From an uncultured Oscillospiraceae bacterium (GTDB taxonomy: Bacteria > Bacillota > Clostridia > Oscillospirales > Acutalibacteraceae): 62,495 nt of DNA. The stretch is taken from the NCBI GenBank assembly GCA_902474595.1, contig CABRWD010000001.1, positions 1-62,495 on the forward strand, read 5' to 3'. This document shows, piece by piece, positions 1-10,383 of this stretch (within the stretch, counting starts at the first letter, position 1; each line of letters starts with the position of its first letter). The position numbers were made by a program, and so were the translations under genes. A model generated the notes under the pieces. It made no database searches and was not told where the DNA came from. It saw only the letters and a program-made list of their open reading frames with translations.

Positions 1-130
1 ATATAGGTTTATAAATTTGGGTATCATCAGTTTGTTATATATACCGATAACAGGCAGTATCATACACTTGTTGTATAAAAGATTAAAATTTTGGGGACAT
101 CGTATTTTTATATTCTAATATTTTCACTTT

Positions 131-165
131 CAGCACTTATCGTCGGATAGGTGCTGTTTTCTTTT
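131..165 (+). terminator. Rho-independent terminator-like hairpin
   Basis: cagcacttatc / gataggtgctg stem with gtcg loop, followed by ttttctttt. Confidence 0.5.
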
Positions 166-308
166 CGTTAATGTTTTCTTGAAAATCGAAAAAATCCCTC
201 CTCAACACTTTAATACATATCTTTAATATGTATTCAAAATTAGGAAGGAGAAATTCAAATTGACTAAGCACACTCAAATTTTGGCATACTTAAAAAGGAG
301 GAAATTAA

Positions 309-479
309 ATGCAAAATCTTGAGGCTAAACACGAAATTATGGCGGAAGAAATATGGCTGAAATACTATAACGAAGTTCTTTTTGAAAAGAAACTCATTAC
401 GGTAGAGCAACGGGACAAAATGATTTTGGCGATTGAAAGCCGTTGCGACCGCAAACGCAAACAACAAAAAGCCATATAG
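309..479 (+). CDS. small hypothetical protein (56 aa, below the ORF-track cutoff)
   Basis: ATG at 309 sits 7 nt after an aaaaggagg RBS. It translates to MQNLEAKHEIMAEEIWLKYYNEVLFEKKLITVEQRDKMILAIESRCDRKRKQQKAI. The antisense track ORF 264..467 has no RBS and looks spurious. Confidence 0.45.
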   Translation: MQNLEAKHEIMAEEIWLKYYNEVLFEKKLITVEQRDKMILAIESRCDRKRKQQKAI

Positions 480-626
480 TTTCTAAGGGTGCAACCGCAC
501 CCAATTACATATCAAAACTCAAGGACAGCGAATCAGGTAATAACCTCTTTAGCAAATATCGGTGGAATGTTTTTGGACTCCCACAAAGGTTGCATAAAAT
601 ATTTTGTATTTCGGTTAAATTGTTTT

Positions 627-1145
627 TCATACTTTACGCTCCTTTGTTAAATGTCCAAAAAGCAAATACCCCAACGCTCCAACAAAAGCACCTGAAGTGT
701 TGAAAATCACATCATCTATTTCACACACTCCTATTGAGCATAGATACTGCAAGCCTTCAATTATGGTTGAGACTGCGAATGATATTAAAACCGTAACCGC
801 TACATTTGATTTTCTATATTTACTTGATAGCAAATACGGCAAAAATGTACCAAATGGAACGAACAGAAGTGAGTTCATAAAAACTGTTCTGTAGTATTCA
901 GGGTACATTTTTGCCATAATGAAACTGTAAAAAGGTCTCAATTCTATATTGTAAGTACCAACTTCACGTCCAAATACAGTAAAAGACAAAATACCCAATA
1001 AAGATATAGTTGCACCTACAAATCCTATTGCTCTTAATATTTTAAAATTTTTAAAAACAAAATTTAAAACCGCATATGCAATTACGAAAATAGCGGCGAG
1101 AAAAAACAATAGAAATAAATCCTGGCAATAAATTTTTGCAAACAT
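627..1145 (-). CDS. VanZ-like family membrane protein
   Basis: 172 aa and multi-TM. Motifs NSLLFVPFGTFLPYLL and IIEGLQYL...GVCEIDDVIFNTSGAFVG are typical of the VanZ-like family. Confidence 0.7.
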   Translation of the reverse strand: MFAKIYCQDLFLLFFLAAIFVIAYAVLNFVFKNFKILRAIGFVGATISLLGILSFTVFGREVGTYNIELRPFYSFIMAKMYPEYYRTVFMNSLLFVPFGTFLPYLLSSKYRKSNVAVTVLISFAVSTIIEGLQYLCSIGVCEIDDVIFNTSGAFVGALGYLLFGHLTKERKV

Positions 1146-1156
1146 AACTTAGGCTC

Positions 1157-2176
1157 TTACCTATCACCATACATCTTTTCATAATAATTCTGATATTCGC
1201 CGGAGATGATGGTTCCCCACCATTCCCTGTTATTTAAATACCAATCTATTGTTTTCTTTATTCCGTCGGCAAATTTGGTTTCCGGCAGCCAACCCAATTC
1301 GTTATGAATTTTAGTAGGGTCTATGGCATAACGCATATCGTGACCCTTGCGGTCGGCAACAAATTTAATAAGGCTCTCGGGTTTTCCGAGTTCTTTACAA
1401 ATCAACTTCACAATATCGATGTTTTTCATCTCATTATGACCGCCGATATTGTAAACCTCACCTACTCTACCATTACGGATAATCAAATCTATAGCTTTAC
1501 AATGGTCTTCGACATATAACCAATCGCGGACATTAAGTCCTTCACCGTAAACAGGAAGCGGCTTATCGTTAAGTGCGTTTGCAATCATCAAGGGAATCAG
1601 TTTTTCAGGAAAATGGTAAGGTCCATAGTTATTTGAGCAACGGCTGATTGTTACGGGCAAGCCAAAGGTTCTGTAATAAGCAAGAACAAGAAGGTCTGCA
1701 CTCGCTTTTGATGCGCTGTAGGGTGAAGATGTGTGAATGGGTGTTTCTTCCGTAAAGAACAAATCAGGTCTGTCAAGGGGTAGATCACCATAAACCTCAT
1801 CTGTTGAAACCTGATGATAACGCTTAATACCATACTTTCTGCAAGCGTCCATAAGAGTTTGTGTTCCGAGAATATTTGTTTTAAGGAATATTCCGGGGTC
1901 CTCAATAGAACGGTCAACATGTGACTCTGCCGCAAAGTTTACAACAATATCCGGATGCTCCTCTTCAAATAGGCGATAAACAGCTTCCCTGTCACAAATA
2001 TCGCCTTTTACAAAACGAAAATTCGGTTTATCCATTATCTGAGCCAGAGTTGAAAGATTGCCTGCATATGTAAGCTTGTCAAGGCACACAATGCGATAAT
2101 CAGGATGTTCCTTTAACATATAAAAAACAAAGTTTGAGCCGATAAATCCGGCACCGCCTGTTACAATAATAGTCAT
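1157..2176 (-). CDS. rfbB: dTDP-glucose 4,6-dehydratase
   Basis: N-terminal [10 protein letters not shown] Rossmann motif, STDEVYG, and [11 protein letters not shown] (YxxxK). Length is 339 aa. It lies adjacent to and overlaps rfbA. Confidence 0.95.
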   Translation of the reverse strand: MTIIVTGGAGFIGSNFVFYMLKEHPDYRIVCLDKLTYAGNLSTLAQIMDKPNFRFVKGDICDREAVYRLFEEEHPDIVVNFAAESHVDRSIEDPGIFLKTNILGTQTLMDACRKYGIKRYHQVSTDEVYGDLPLDRPDLFFTEETPIHTSSPYSASKASADLLVLAYYRTFGLPVTISRCSNNYGPYHFPEKLIPLMIANALNDKPLPVYGEGLNVRDWLYVEDHCKAIDLIIRNGRVGEVYNIGGHNEMKNIDIVKLICKELGKPESLIKFVADRKGHDMRYAIDPTKIHNELGWLPETKFADGIKKTIDWYLNNREWWGTIISGEYQNYYEKMYGDR

Positions 2177-3072
2177 TATTTTGAGCCCTCCATATAATCA
2201 TTATCAATTATATTTTTAAGATATTTGCCATAATCAGATTTTCCGTATTTTTCAGCAGATTCAAGAAGTTTATCATTATCAATCCAATCTCTCCGCCAAG
2301 CAATTTCTTCAGGTGCAGAAATACGAATACCCTGCTGCTTTTGAATTGTTTTAACAAAATCAGCCGCATCAATAAGGCTCTCCATAGTTCCTGTATCAAG
2401 CCAAGAAAATCCACGGCCTAAAAACCTTACATCAAGTTCGCCGTTTTCTAAATATACTCTGTTCAAATCTGTGATTTCAAGCTCACCTCGTGTTGAGGGC
2501 TTTAAATTTTTAGCATATTCAACACAGCGATTATCATAAAAGTAAAGTCCGGTTATCGCCCAATTTGACTTAGGTTTTTTTGGCTTTTCCTCGACAGAAA
2601 GAACCTTATGATTCTTGTCAAATTCAACGATTCCGAAGCGCTCCGGATCGTCAACATGATAACCGAAAATAGTTGCTCTATGATTTTTTTCAACATTTTC
2701 AACTGCTTTTTCAAGCATTGAACTAAAACCGGAACCATAAAAGATATTATCGCCGAGAATCATTGCACAGCTGTCATCACCTATAAATTCTTCACCAAGA
2801 ATAAACGCCTGAGCAAGTCCGTCGGGGGACGGCTGAACCTTATACGACAGCTTGATGCCATACTGACTGCCGTCACCGAGCAAACACTCAAAATTCGGCA
2901 AATCTGTAGGAGTTGAAATGATAAGAATATCATTTATTCCCGCAAGCATCAATGTACTCAGCGGATAATAAATCATTGGCTTATCATAAATCGGCAACAA
3001 CTGCTTTGAAGTCACCATAGTCAGCGGATAAAGCCTTGTACCGCTGCCGCCTGCTAAGATAATACCTTTCAT
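2176..3072 (-). CDS. rfbA: glucose-1-phosphate thymidylyltransferase
   Basis: [18 protein letters not shown] signature, 298 aa, start/stop overlap with rfbB. Confidence 0.95.
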   Translation of the reverse strand: MKGIILAGGSGTRLYPLTMVTSKQLLPIYDKPMIYYPLSTLMLAGINDILIISTPTDLPNFECLLGDGSQYGIKLSYKVQPSPDGLAQAFILGEEFIGDDSCAMILGDNIFYGSGFSSMLEKAVENVEKNHRATIFGYHVDDPERFGIVEFDKNHKVLSVEEKPKKPKSNWAITGLYFYDNRCVEYAKNLKPSTRGELEITDLNRVYLENGELDVRFLGRGFSWLDTGTMESLIDAADFVKTIQKQQGIRISAPEEIAWRRDWIDNDKLLESAEKYGKSDYGKYLKNIIDNDYMEGSK

Positions 3073-3084
3073 ATATGTATCCTC

Positions 3085-4179
3085 CTATTTTTTAAGAATC
3101 ACATCACATATTCTGTCTACATCATCGACGGTTAAATCTGCGAATAGTGGCAAGGTTAATACCTTCTTTGAAATATCAAGAGCAACCGGCGTACTGTTTA
3201 CATCATAATCATAGCAATCAAAAGAATTTGTCAGCGGATAGAAATACTTCCTTGCACCTATTCCCTGCTTGCCAAGATTATCCATAACCTCATCACGAGA
3301 TAAGCCGAATACATCTTTGTCGAATACAACGGGGAAATAAGCGTAGTTTGTTTCAACATGTTCCTGAAGCGGACAAAGTTTAATTCCTTCAACATTTCCA
3401 AGTCTTTCTCTATATCTTTCTACTGCTATCCTTCTCTTTGCAATTTCGTCATCAATATGGCGAAGATTGCATATACCCATTGCAGCAGAAAATTCATTCA
3501 TTTTGGCATTACCGCCTACAAATTCTACCGTTTCCTGTGTTGCAATGCCGAAATTCTTAAGCTTGTATAGCTTTTCACCGAAAGCTTTATCGGAAAAGCA
3601 TATCGCTCCCCCCTCGATGCTGTGAAACACCTTTGTTGCGTGGAAACTGAGCATAGATGCATCGCCGAAATTGCCGATACCCTTACCCTTGTACTTAACA
3701 CCGAAAGTATGAGCCGCATCATAAATAACCTTTAAATTATGTTGTTTAGCAATTCGCTCAATTTCCTCAACATCACAAATATTTCCATAAACATGGACAG
3801 GAATAATTGCAGAGGTTTTATCAGTAATCAGCGATTCTATTTTAGTAACATCGATTGTATATGTAACGGGGTCAATATCACAGAAAACAGGCTTTAAACC
3901 GTTACGCACAATAGCGTGAGTGGTGGAGGCGAATGTGAAAGGAGTGGTAATAACCTCACCGGTCAAGCCCATAGCCTGAATAGCCATCTCAAGTGCCATA
4001 TGACCGTTACAAAACAAATCAATATTGTCTACACCGAGATAATAGGTCAAATCGGCTTGAAGCTTCTTATGCTTCGCTCCCATATTAGTAAGCCATCGGC
4101 TATCCCAAATATCTTTGATTTCATCGCAGTATTCCTCAAATGTAGGCATTGAGGAACGAGTAACTAAAATCGAATTCAA
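3085..4179 (-). CDS. DegT/DnrJ/EryC1/StrS-family sugar aminotransferase, probably acting on a dTDP-4-keto-6-deoxyhexose
   Basis: 364 aa PLP-aminotransferase fold (…DAAHTFG…, SFHATK lysine motif). It lies directly downstream of rfbA/rfbB. Confidence 0.8.
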   Translation of the reverse strand: MNSILVTRSSMPTFEEYCDEIKDIWDSRWLTNMGAKHKKLQADLTYYLGVDNIDLFCNGHMALEMAIQAMGLTGEVITTPFTFASTTHAIVRNGLKPVFCDIDPVTYTIDVTKIESLITDKTSAIIPVHVYGNICDVEEIERIAKQHNLKVIYDAAHTFGVKYKGKGIGNFGDASMLSFHATKVFHSIEGGAICFSDKAFGEKLYKLKNFGIATQETVEFVGGNAKMNEFSAAMGICNLRHIDDEIAKRRIAVERYRERLGNVEGIKLCPLQEHVETNYAYFPVVFDKDVFGLSRDEVMDNLGKQGIGARKYFYPLTNSFDCYDYDVNSTPVALDISKKVLTLPLFADLTVDDVDRICDVILKK

Positions 4180-4194
4180 TTCTTATTGTCCCTT

Positions 4195-5028
4195 CTATTT
4201 TTCCCATAAATCAAATGGGAACGAGTCTATTAGGTTGCGTCGCATTGTGCTTAGATCGGGAATATCTGTCTTTTTTCCCACCGCATTAAATGCATTATTT
4301 AAATCAGAAAAGATCTCAATTCGGCGATTAGTGCTAAGATACCAGTCTTCGTACTTATAGTTTAATGCGTCTTCCCGATCCTGAAAGAATACTGCAGGTA
4401 TCCCATATGCCTCAGCTAAAATAATACCATGCAACGAACTAGATACGACATACCTAGCCGAGCATATCCTATCAATAATTTGCTTAAAGTTATTTGTTTG
4501 CATGCTAACAATTATCGAGTCTGGAACCAACTTTCGAATTGCCATCTCCGTATTCATATGCGGGATTACAATTATGTCTTCATTTTTGTCCGCATCAGGC
4601 ATATATATTAAAGGCATTAGTATTGCTGGATCTCCATAAACAGGCGGACAATCATACCCTAATGACAATAGTGTTTTTCTTGTTTTTGGTCCACGAACAC
4701 ACCTAATATCTAGTTTTCTATTAGGAAATGTATGCTTCTCCCTAATTTTAGGAAACAACTCATAAGGAAATCCCGTTCCCCACACAGTTGTATCCTGCAT
4801 ACCCATGCTTAATATAGAGCCAAGTGCATATAGGTTTTTTGTGGAGCTTGTTTCACAATCTAACGACAGTCCCCTACTATTTAACATCCACTCAACAATA
4901 ACCGGCGAAAGAGAATCACCCAAATTGACATCAGCAAAATCCTTCGATAACTCAGGATGATAATAATGTAGATTCACTTTGTTTTTTCTCAAGTGCAGTT
5001 CTTTGTACTCTAATATTGTATCTATCAT
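4195..5028 (-). CDS. polysaccharide pyruvyl transferase family protein
   Basis: Motifs NLGDSLSP, VWGTGF, VRGPKTR, YGDPAILMP and VVSSSLHGIILAEAYGIPA match the PF04230-type pattern. Confidence 0.7.
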   Translation of the reverse strand: MIDTILEYKELHLRKNKVNLHYYHPELSKDFADVNLGDSLSPVIVEWMLNSRGLSLDCETSSTKNLYALGSILSMGMQDTTVWGTGFPYELFPKIREKHTFPNRKLDIRCVRGPKTRKTLLSLGYDCPPVYGDPAILMPLIYMPDADKNEDIIVIPHMNTEMAIRKLVPDSIIVSMQTNNFKQIIDRICSARYVVSSSLHGIILAEAYGIPAVFFQDREDALNYKYEDWYLSTNRRIEIFSDLNNAFNAVGKKTDIPDLSTMRRNLIDSFPFDLWEK

Positions 5029-5063
5029 TATGTCATTTAAGCTCCTCTCATTTTCTATTATCC

Positions 5064-5834
5064 TTAAATATACTCTCCTGCTGTAATTCTAAATGTGCTA
5101 CCTGTCATCATCGATGAAGAATCAGACATCAGATATACTAAACCGTCAAGATAATCGGTTCTTTCAAGCATTCTACCCATCGGTAAAATAGTTGCGGCCC
5201 TTTGTCTTAATTCAAATTCGGTTTCTCCTTGAGCATTACGTAGAGAAACCTCGCCTTCGGTCGGTGTCCAGCCCAAAGTCAAATAGTTGCATCTGATTTG
5301 TTCTGTAGCATAATTATGGGCAATATGCTCCATAAGAGTAAGCAAAACACCCTTTGAACAAGCATACGCTGCTCTATCTTTTTGACCACCCCATGCATGA
5401 GCAGAACCGGTGAGAACAATACTTCCTCCCCTGTTTATACGCATATATTTAATAGCTTGCTGACAGCAAAAAAAGCAAGATTTGAAATTGACATCCATGA
5501 CCCAATCAAAGGTTTCCTCATCACAGGTATCAAGAGGACTCACGGGTGTAACACCGGCATAATTGAAAAAACCGTCAATCTTTCCGTAGGTCTCATATGC
5601 TCTATCAAAAAGCCGCTTACAGTCTTCTGTATTAAGCAAATCTGTGTAAACAAAGATACCATTGACGCCATATGTCTTCATGATACGTATCGATTTCAAA
5701 GCTGACTCTTCATCCCGTCCGCCTATGACTACATTTGCACCTTGTCTCGCAAATTCCTCCGCAGCAGCCCTGCCCACACCCTTTGTACCGCCGGAAACCA
5801 CAATAACTTTATCCTTTAGCTGTCCTAATATCAT
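5064..5834 (-). CDS. SDR-family oxidoreductase
   Basis: VSGGTKGVGRA glycine-rich motif and YACSKG catalytic motif, 256 aa. Confidence 0.85.
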   Translation of the reverse strand: MILGQLKDKVIVVSGGTKGVGRAAAEEFARQGANVVIGGRDEESALKSIRIMKTYGVNGIFVYTDLLNTEDCKRLFDRAYETYGKIDGFFNYAGVTPVSPLDTCDEETFDWVMDVNFKSCFFCCQQAIKYMRINRGGSIVLTGSAHAWGGQKDRAAYACSKGVLLTLMEHIAHNYATEQIRCNYLTLGWTPTEGEVSLRNAQGETEFELRQRAATILPMGRMLERTDYLDGLVYLMSDSSSMMTGSTFRITAGEYI

Positions 5835-5851
5835 TATTTATTCTCCCTGTC

Positions 5852-7141
5852 TCATTTCAGTTCCAACGCCTTATCCACATCAAAACCACCAAGAAGCATA
5901 TTATTACCGTTTATGTCATAAACTTTGACCTTATTTTGATACTCCTTCAAACATTCTGCTAATTCTTCTTTAGTATCGCAGACAAGATATAATCTATTCA
6001 ATACCTGCTTCTCTGTACCGATCCAATCGGGAATCACCTCATCTCCTTCATTCAAACGCTGAACATTAGCAACTACCCGCTTATCGGTATTGATTTCATT
6101 CAATCCTTCAATTTTTGCAATTTTCCCTTTTTTAAGCAAAAACCACAGGGTTGCCGCCCATTTGCCGCGCAGTCCGGCATCGTCATCTGTTTTCAGGTTA
6201 ATATTTCCCTCTGATCCTGTTAAAGCAAAACGTATTAGCATTTCTCTCTGGTCAAAACCATGAATTGCCTTCATCAACAGGTGCGGTGCTTCGCCCTGTA
6301 GCCTAAAACCGGTATCGTACACATAGAATTCTCCGTTTTCATAGAATCCAGATAACATAAGCACACCGTTCTTAATGCCTATTTCCTTAAAAAGGCGAAC
6401 AACATTTGGGTGCATTCGGGAAAAATACTCATCCAAATGTTTAGACGGATATGTACCGCCCAAACAAACCCGTGACAAGCCGGCTTGCTCATCAGTAGTA
6501 TAGCGGTCATAAATGCAGGACGCACTGCACTCACCGTCTTTAAATGTATAGTACATACCCATATCTTCGCACTGCATATAACGCTCAACAATGAATCTCT
6601 TATTCTTTGAAATGGATAATGCTTTCTCAACCGCAGCTGGTAGTTCTTCGGCTGTATAGCAAACAGTCATTCCTAATCCGCTATAGCCATCAACCGGCTT
6701 TACCATTACCGGAAACTGTATCTTATCAATATCTTCCGGATTCAAATTTGCATCAAGATAAAACTCCGGTATTCCATGTACACCGTATCTCTCACAGGTA
6801 GCTTTAAAAACATCCTTATAGGAGAACACATCTACAATTTCCTGTGTGGCATAGCACGGCAAATTCATCGCTGCACAAACCTTGCAGTAGACCGGCACCA
6901 AAATATCTGCTACACCCACTAAGATACCGTCCACCTTCTCTTCATTTGCCAATGCAATTAAACCGGGGATATCCATACCATCCACATTGCAAGCTTTCCA
7001 TGCGTATTTCTTTGCCGCATCCGTTGTTATATTACTCGTCACGATTGTCTTTACGCCCAACTCATTTGCCACCTGAACCAGGGGAATAGTTTCCGGGTTT
7101 GCACCTAATATCAAAAGCTTCTTTCCAAAAAGATCACTCAT
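5852..7141 (-). CDS. ATP-grasp domain ligase (carboxylate-amine ligase type)
   Basis: 429 aa. The N-terminal KKLLILGANPETIPLVQ pre-ATP-grasp segment, FPVMVKPVDGYSG and the central fold resemble CPS-large-subunit-like ATP-grasp enzymes. Confidence 0.7.
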   Translation of the reverse strand: MSDLFGKKLLILGANPETIPLVQVANELGVKTIVTSNITTDAAKKYAWKACNVDGMDIPGLIALANEEKVDGILVGVADILVPVYCKVCAAMNLPCYATQEIVDVFSYKDVFKATCERYGVHGIPEFYLDANLNPEDIDKIQFPVMVKPVDGYSGLGMTVCYTAEELPAAVEKALSISKNKRFIVERYMQCEDMGMYYTFKDGECSASCIYDRYTTDEQAGLSRVCLGGTYPSKHLDEYFSRMHPNVVRLFKEIGIKNGVLMLSGFYENGEFYVYDTGFRLQGEAPHLLMKAIHGFDQREMLIRFALTGSEGNINLKTDDDAGLRGKWAATLWFLLKKGKIAKIEGLNEINTDKRVVANVQRLNEGDEVIPDWIGTEKQVLNRLYLVCDTKEELAECLKEYQNKVKVYDINGNNMLLGGFDVDKALELK

Positions 7142-7158
7142 TATTAATTCTCCTTCTT

Positions 7159-7929
7159 TTATAATCTGATTTTTTCACCCATGGCCATCAACATAAAGTT
7201 ATTATCAGGATACTGTGTCTTCATAATCTCGCAAAACTTTCCCGGATTTCCTCCATGAGAAGCAAACATACCATAATGACAAGGAATGGTCAATTTGGGC
7301 TTTAAGGAATTACTAAGATCTGCACATTCGTTCTCATTTAAATTTCCATAAGCGCCATTGATCGGAGCAATCATCACATCAAAAGGACCATAAGCATTGT
7401 ACTCGTCCGCTCTATCCAAACGCAGGCAAGTATCCCCTGTTTCATAAATTATTTTTCCGTCTACCGTCACCACAACGCCCACTGCATCGGGCGCTCCGAA
7501 ACCGTGGTCACAAGTCACAAACTGGATTTTGAAATCTCCTGCCTCGAAATAATCTCCGGGTGCAACATATATTACTCTATCGTTATGCATATTCAGGAGT
7601 TGCACTTCCTTCTCACAGTTGAGAGATGCAAAAAGCTGAGTATGATTGTTTGACATCATTTGAGGAATCGCATCCATATCAAAATGATCAAAATGAGGAT
7701 GCGTTGCAATCAGTACGTCAAACTCCAAATCAAACGGTTCCAATATTTTTGGGAGTAGCCGTTTAAATCCGATGTTGCCCTCCACTCGTTCCACACATTC
7801 CGAGAGATATAAATCTATACCCAACAACTGTCCGTCAGCGCTTTTAATAATAAAGCCTGCCTGACCAACCGCAAATATATATGTATATCCAAGCGGTGCG
7901 GTCAACACTTTTACAGAAAAATCGTTCAT
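7159..7929 (-). CDS. MBL-fold metallo-hydrolase
   Basis: THPHFDHFD metal motif, 256 aa. Confidence 0.75.
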   Translation of the reverse strand: MNDFSVKVLTAPLGYTYIFAVGQAGFIIKSADGQLLGIDLYLSECVERVEGNIGFKRLLPKILEPFDLEFDVLIATHPHFDHFDMDAIPQMMSNNHTQLFASLNCEKEVQLLNMHNDRVIYVAPGDYFEAGDFKIQFVTCDHGFGAPDAVGVVVTVDGKIIYETGDTCLRLDRADEYNAYGPFDVMIAPINGAYGNLNENECADLSNSLKPKLTIPCHYGMFASHGGNPGKFCEIMKTQYPDNNFMLMAMGEKIRL

Positions 7930-7930
7930 T

Positions 7931-9403
7931 TTACTTACCTCTTTTTATTACTTTCAAAATAATTGGCTTAACCATTCCCCACAAATAATCAAACGCTTCC
8001 AGCTTAAAAATCTTTGAACATGCGATATATATAATAGCACCCAACGGCACCTGAATCAACAGGGTTACAACATCATGGAGTCCAAGCCACTGAATAGGAT
8101 AAATACATACACCCATAAACACTGCTAACAATATGCCCGGAAGTATATCCTTTAATTGTTCCAAATAACTATAATTCATTAATTTTTTATTTGGCCAAGA
8201 ATTTATTATCTGACTTAAAACACTTGTGACCAGCGAACTGTATGCCATAGCCATAACGCTGATTCTAAATGTAACCAAAATTGTCGTTAGTCCAACTATT
8301 TTTTTAAATATTTCTAATTTTAAGAAAAGATCGGATCTTCCCATCGCTTTTATAGCATTCAAATTAGCCGTATGTACGGGATAAAACATATATGTTGTAC
8401 AAAATATGACCATAAACGGATATGAAGGTAGCCATTTATCTGTAAGCAAAAGCGAGATTAAGGTTTGTCCGCAAGCCGCAAGTCCCATCAATAACGGTGC
8501 CATAACATAGGTGCTTGTTTTCATTGCACGGCGCGTCATTCCTTTTACGCTTTCCTTAGAATCTTGAACGGTTGACATTGACGGTAGCAAAACGCTGTCA
8601 ATTGATGAATTAACATTTCCTATGATCATACTCGGAAAATTATTGGCTTTGTTATAATATGCCAAGTCAGATAAAGAATACACCTTGCCGATCAACAAGC
8701 TTCTTAATTGATTATATCCTGTATCAAGCAAAGCTGAGCAAAGCAATTTCCAACCGTATGAGAATAAACCGCCTAAGCGTTTAATTGAAAACATCAACTT
8801 TGGTCTCCATTTAACGGTAAACAAAAGAATCAGCGTATCAATTAAGTTATTGCTTAAATTCTGTGCCACAATAGCCCATGCGCCGTATCCCTTGTATGCC
8901 AAAAACACTCCGACAAATGCCGAAAAAATCGTTCCACCCAATGTTGAAAAGAAAAATCTTTTAAAGAGCATATTTTTTGACACATAAGAGCATTGGATAC
9001 CCTTAACACCTGAAATCAAAAAGGTCAAGCTTAAAACCCTTGTCATTGTCGTTAGTTCAGGTCTGTTGTAAAATTTTGCGATTAGCGGAGAGCAAAAAAA
9101 CATAATTATATAGAGCATCGTGCACATAAACATATTAAAATAAAATACCGTTGAAAAATCCAAATCATCGGCATTCTTTTTTTGTATAAGCGCGCTACCC
9201 ATGCCGCTGTCTATAAAAACACCGAGTATAGATATAAATACGCTAATGAGAGCTACCGTTCCGTAATCATTCGGGGACAGCAATCGAGCCAGTAAAATTG
9301 AAACAATAAAGCCAACTCCCTGCGCACCGCATCTTTCAGCAAAGCGCCATAAAAAACCGCCGATTGTTTTGTTTTTAATTGAATCATTGCTCATGCTTTG
9401 CAA
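7931..9403 (-). CDS. oligosaccharide flippase (Wzx / MOP polysaccharide-biosynthesis family)
   Basis: 490 aa with about 12-14 predicted TM helices and the typical N-terminal KNK..GGFLWRFAER segment. The start may be the internal MSNDS. Confidence 0.85.
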   Translation of the reverse strand: MQSMSNDSIKNKTIGGFLWRFAERCGAQGVGFIVSILLARLLSPNDYGTVALISVFISILGVFIDSGMGSALIQKKNADDLDFSTVFYFNMFMCTMLYIIMFFCSPLIAKFYNRPELTTMTRVLSLTFLISGVKGIQCSYVSKNMLFKRFFFSTLGGTIFSAFVGVFLAYKGYGAWAIVAQNLSNNLIDTLILLFTVKWRPKLMFSIKRLGGLFSYGWKLLCSALLDTGYNQLRSLLIGKVYSLSDLAYYNKANNFPSMIIGNVNSSIDSVLLPSMSTVQDSKESVKGMTRRAMKTSTYVMAPLLMGLAACGQTLISLLLTDKWLPSYPFMVIFCTTYMFYPVHTANLNAIKAMGRSDLFLKLEIFKKIVGLTTILVTFRISVMAMAYSSLVTSVLSQIINSWPNKKLMNYSYLEQLKDILPGILLAVFMGVCIYPIQWLGLHDVVTLLIQVPLGAIIYIACSKIFKLEAFDYLWGMVKPIILKVIKRGK

Positions 9404-10382
9404 ACCTCTTCGTATATATGTCTATTATACGGGGGAAAAAAGCTGACAAAACTACATATAATTTCCCTTTTATGTCCAGACCTCTTAATATAAATCTATA
9501 CCTTTTTGAAAGACACGCTTTATAATTTCCAAGCAGTATATTCATTTGGTATTCATCAATTAGTATCTTTTTTTCAAAAGGCTTGTGATATTTATATTTA
9601 TAGTATTCGTCAACACATTTCAACATTCTGATTTCTTCCTTATAAACTTCAAGCCTCTTATTTGGATCGTTCCAAACCCTTGAAGTCCATGAGCCTTCTG
9701 TGCCGGAATTATAAAGAGACATAACATCAGCAAAACATCTAACTTTTCCGCATATCGCAGAATGTATAATCTCTTGATAATCGCTAAATCCTTGGGCTTC
9801 AAAGCAGGACGGTTTGCTAAATACTTGCTCAGTCCTTCTCATAATAGAATTTGTAGCTACTAAGGAGCCGCCGCCTATAATTGCATCATCGATTGTAATA
9901 TCAATATCTTCTGAAATTTCAGGTACAATAGTATCCTTATCATCTGAAACCGAATGAAATATTGCACAATGCACACATGTAGAATATTCGGGATTATTTT
10001 CCAAAAAATCATGCTGCTTCTGCAATTTGTTAGAATCAATCCAACAATCATCACCTTCACAAAGAGCAAAATATTTCCCTTTCACACGCGGAAATTGATA
10101 TATTTTACTTATCTTAACGCCTTTAGAATGCTGATTTTCGGTTTGATAAATCGGTTTAATGATGTCCGGATATCTTTGCTCATATTCTTTAATTATATCT
10201 GCTGTACCGTCTGTTGAAGCATCGTCGTGAATAAGTACCTCGAACTTAAAATCGGTCTTTTGGTTCACAAATCCGTCAAGACATTTTCTTATATATTTTT
10301 CATGATTATATGTCAAGCATGAAACGCTTACTTTAATCTCATCTTGCTTAGCTTTTGCTTTTTTTAATAAGTCTTTTTCCAT
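9384..10382 (-). CDS. family 2 glycosyltransferase (tandem paralogue 1)
   Basis: VSVSCLTYNHEKYIRKCLDGFVNQKT...VLIHDDASTDGT DxD region. I prefer the start MEKDLL at 10382, which abuts the upstream stop; the track ORF extends to 10412. Confidence 0.85.
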   Translation of the reverse strand: MEKDLLKKAKAKQDEIKVSVSCLTYNHEKYIRKCLDGFVNQKTDFKFEVLIHDDASTDGTADIIKEYEQRYPDIIKPIYQTENQHSKGVKISKIYQFPRVKGKYFALCEGDDCWIDSNKLQKQHDFLENNPEYSTCVHCAIFHSVSDDKDTIVPEISEDIDITIDDAIIGGGSLVATNSIMRRTEQVFSKPSCFEAQGFSDYQEIIHSAICGKVRCFADVMSLYNSGTEGSWTSRVWNDPNKRLEVYKEEIRMLKCVDEYYKYKYHKPFEKKILIDEYQMNILLGNYKACLSKRYRFILRGLDIKGKLYVVLSAFFPRIIDIYTKRFAKHEQ

Positions 10383-10383
10383 A

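Noticed and set aside
487-502. Hairpin gggtgc-aacc-gcaccc between the convergent small ORF and the VanZ-like gene, as a bidirectional terminator
   Set aside because: The stem is only 6 bp and neither strand has a T-run. The evidence is too weak to annotate.
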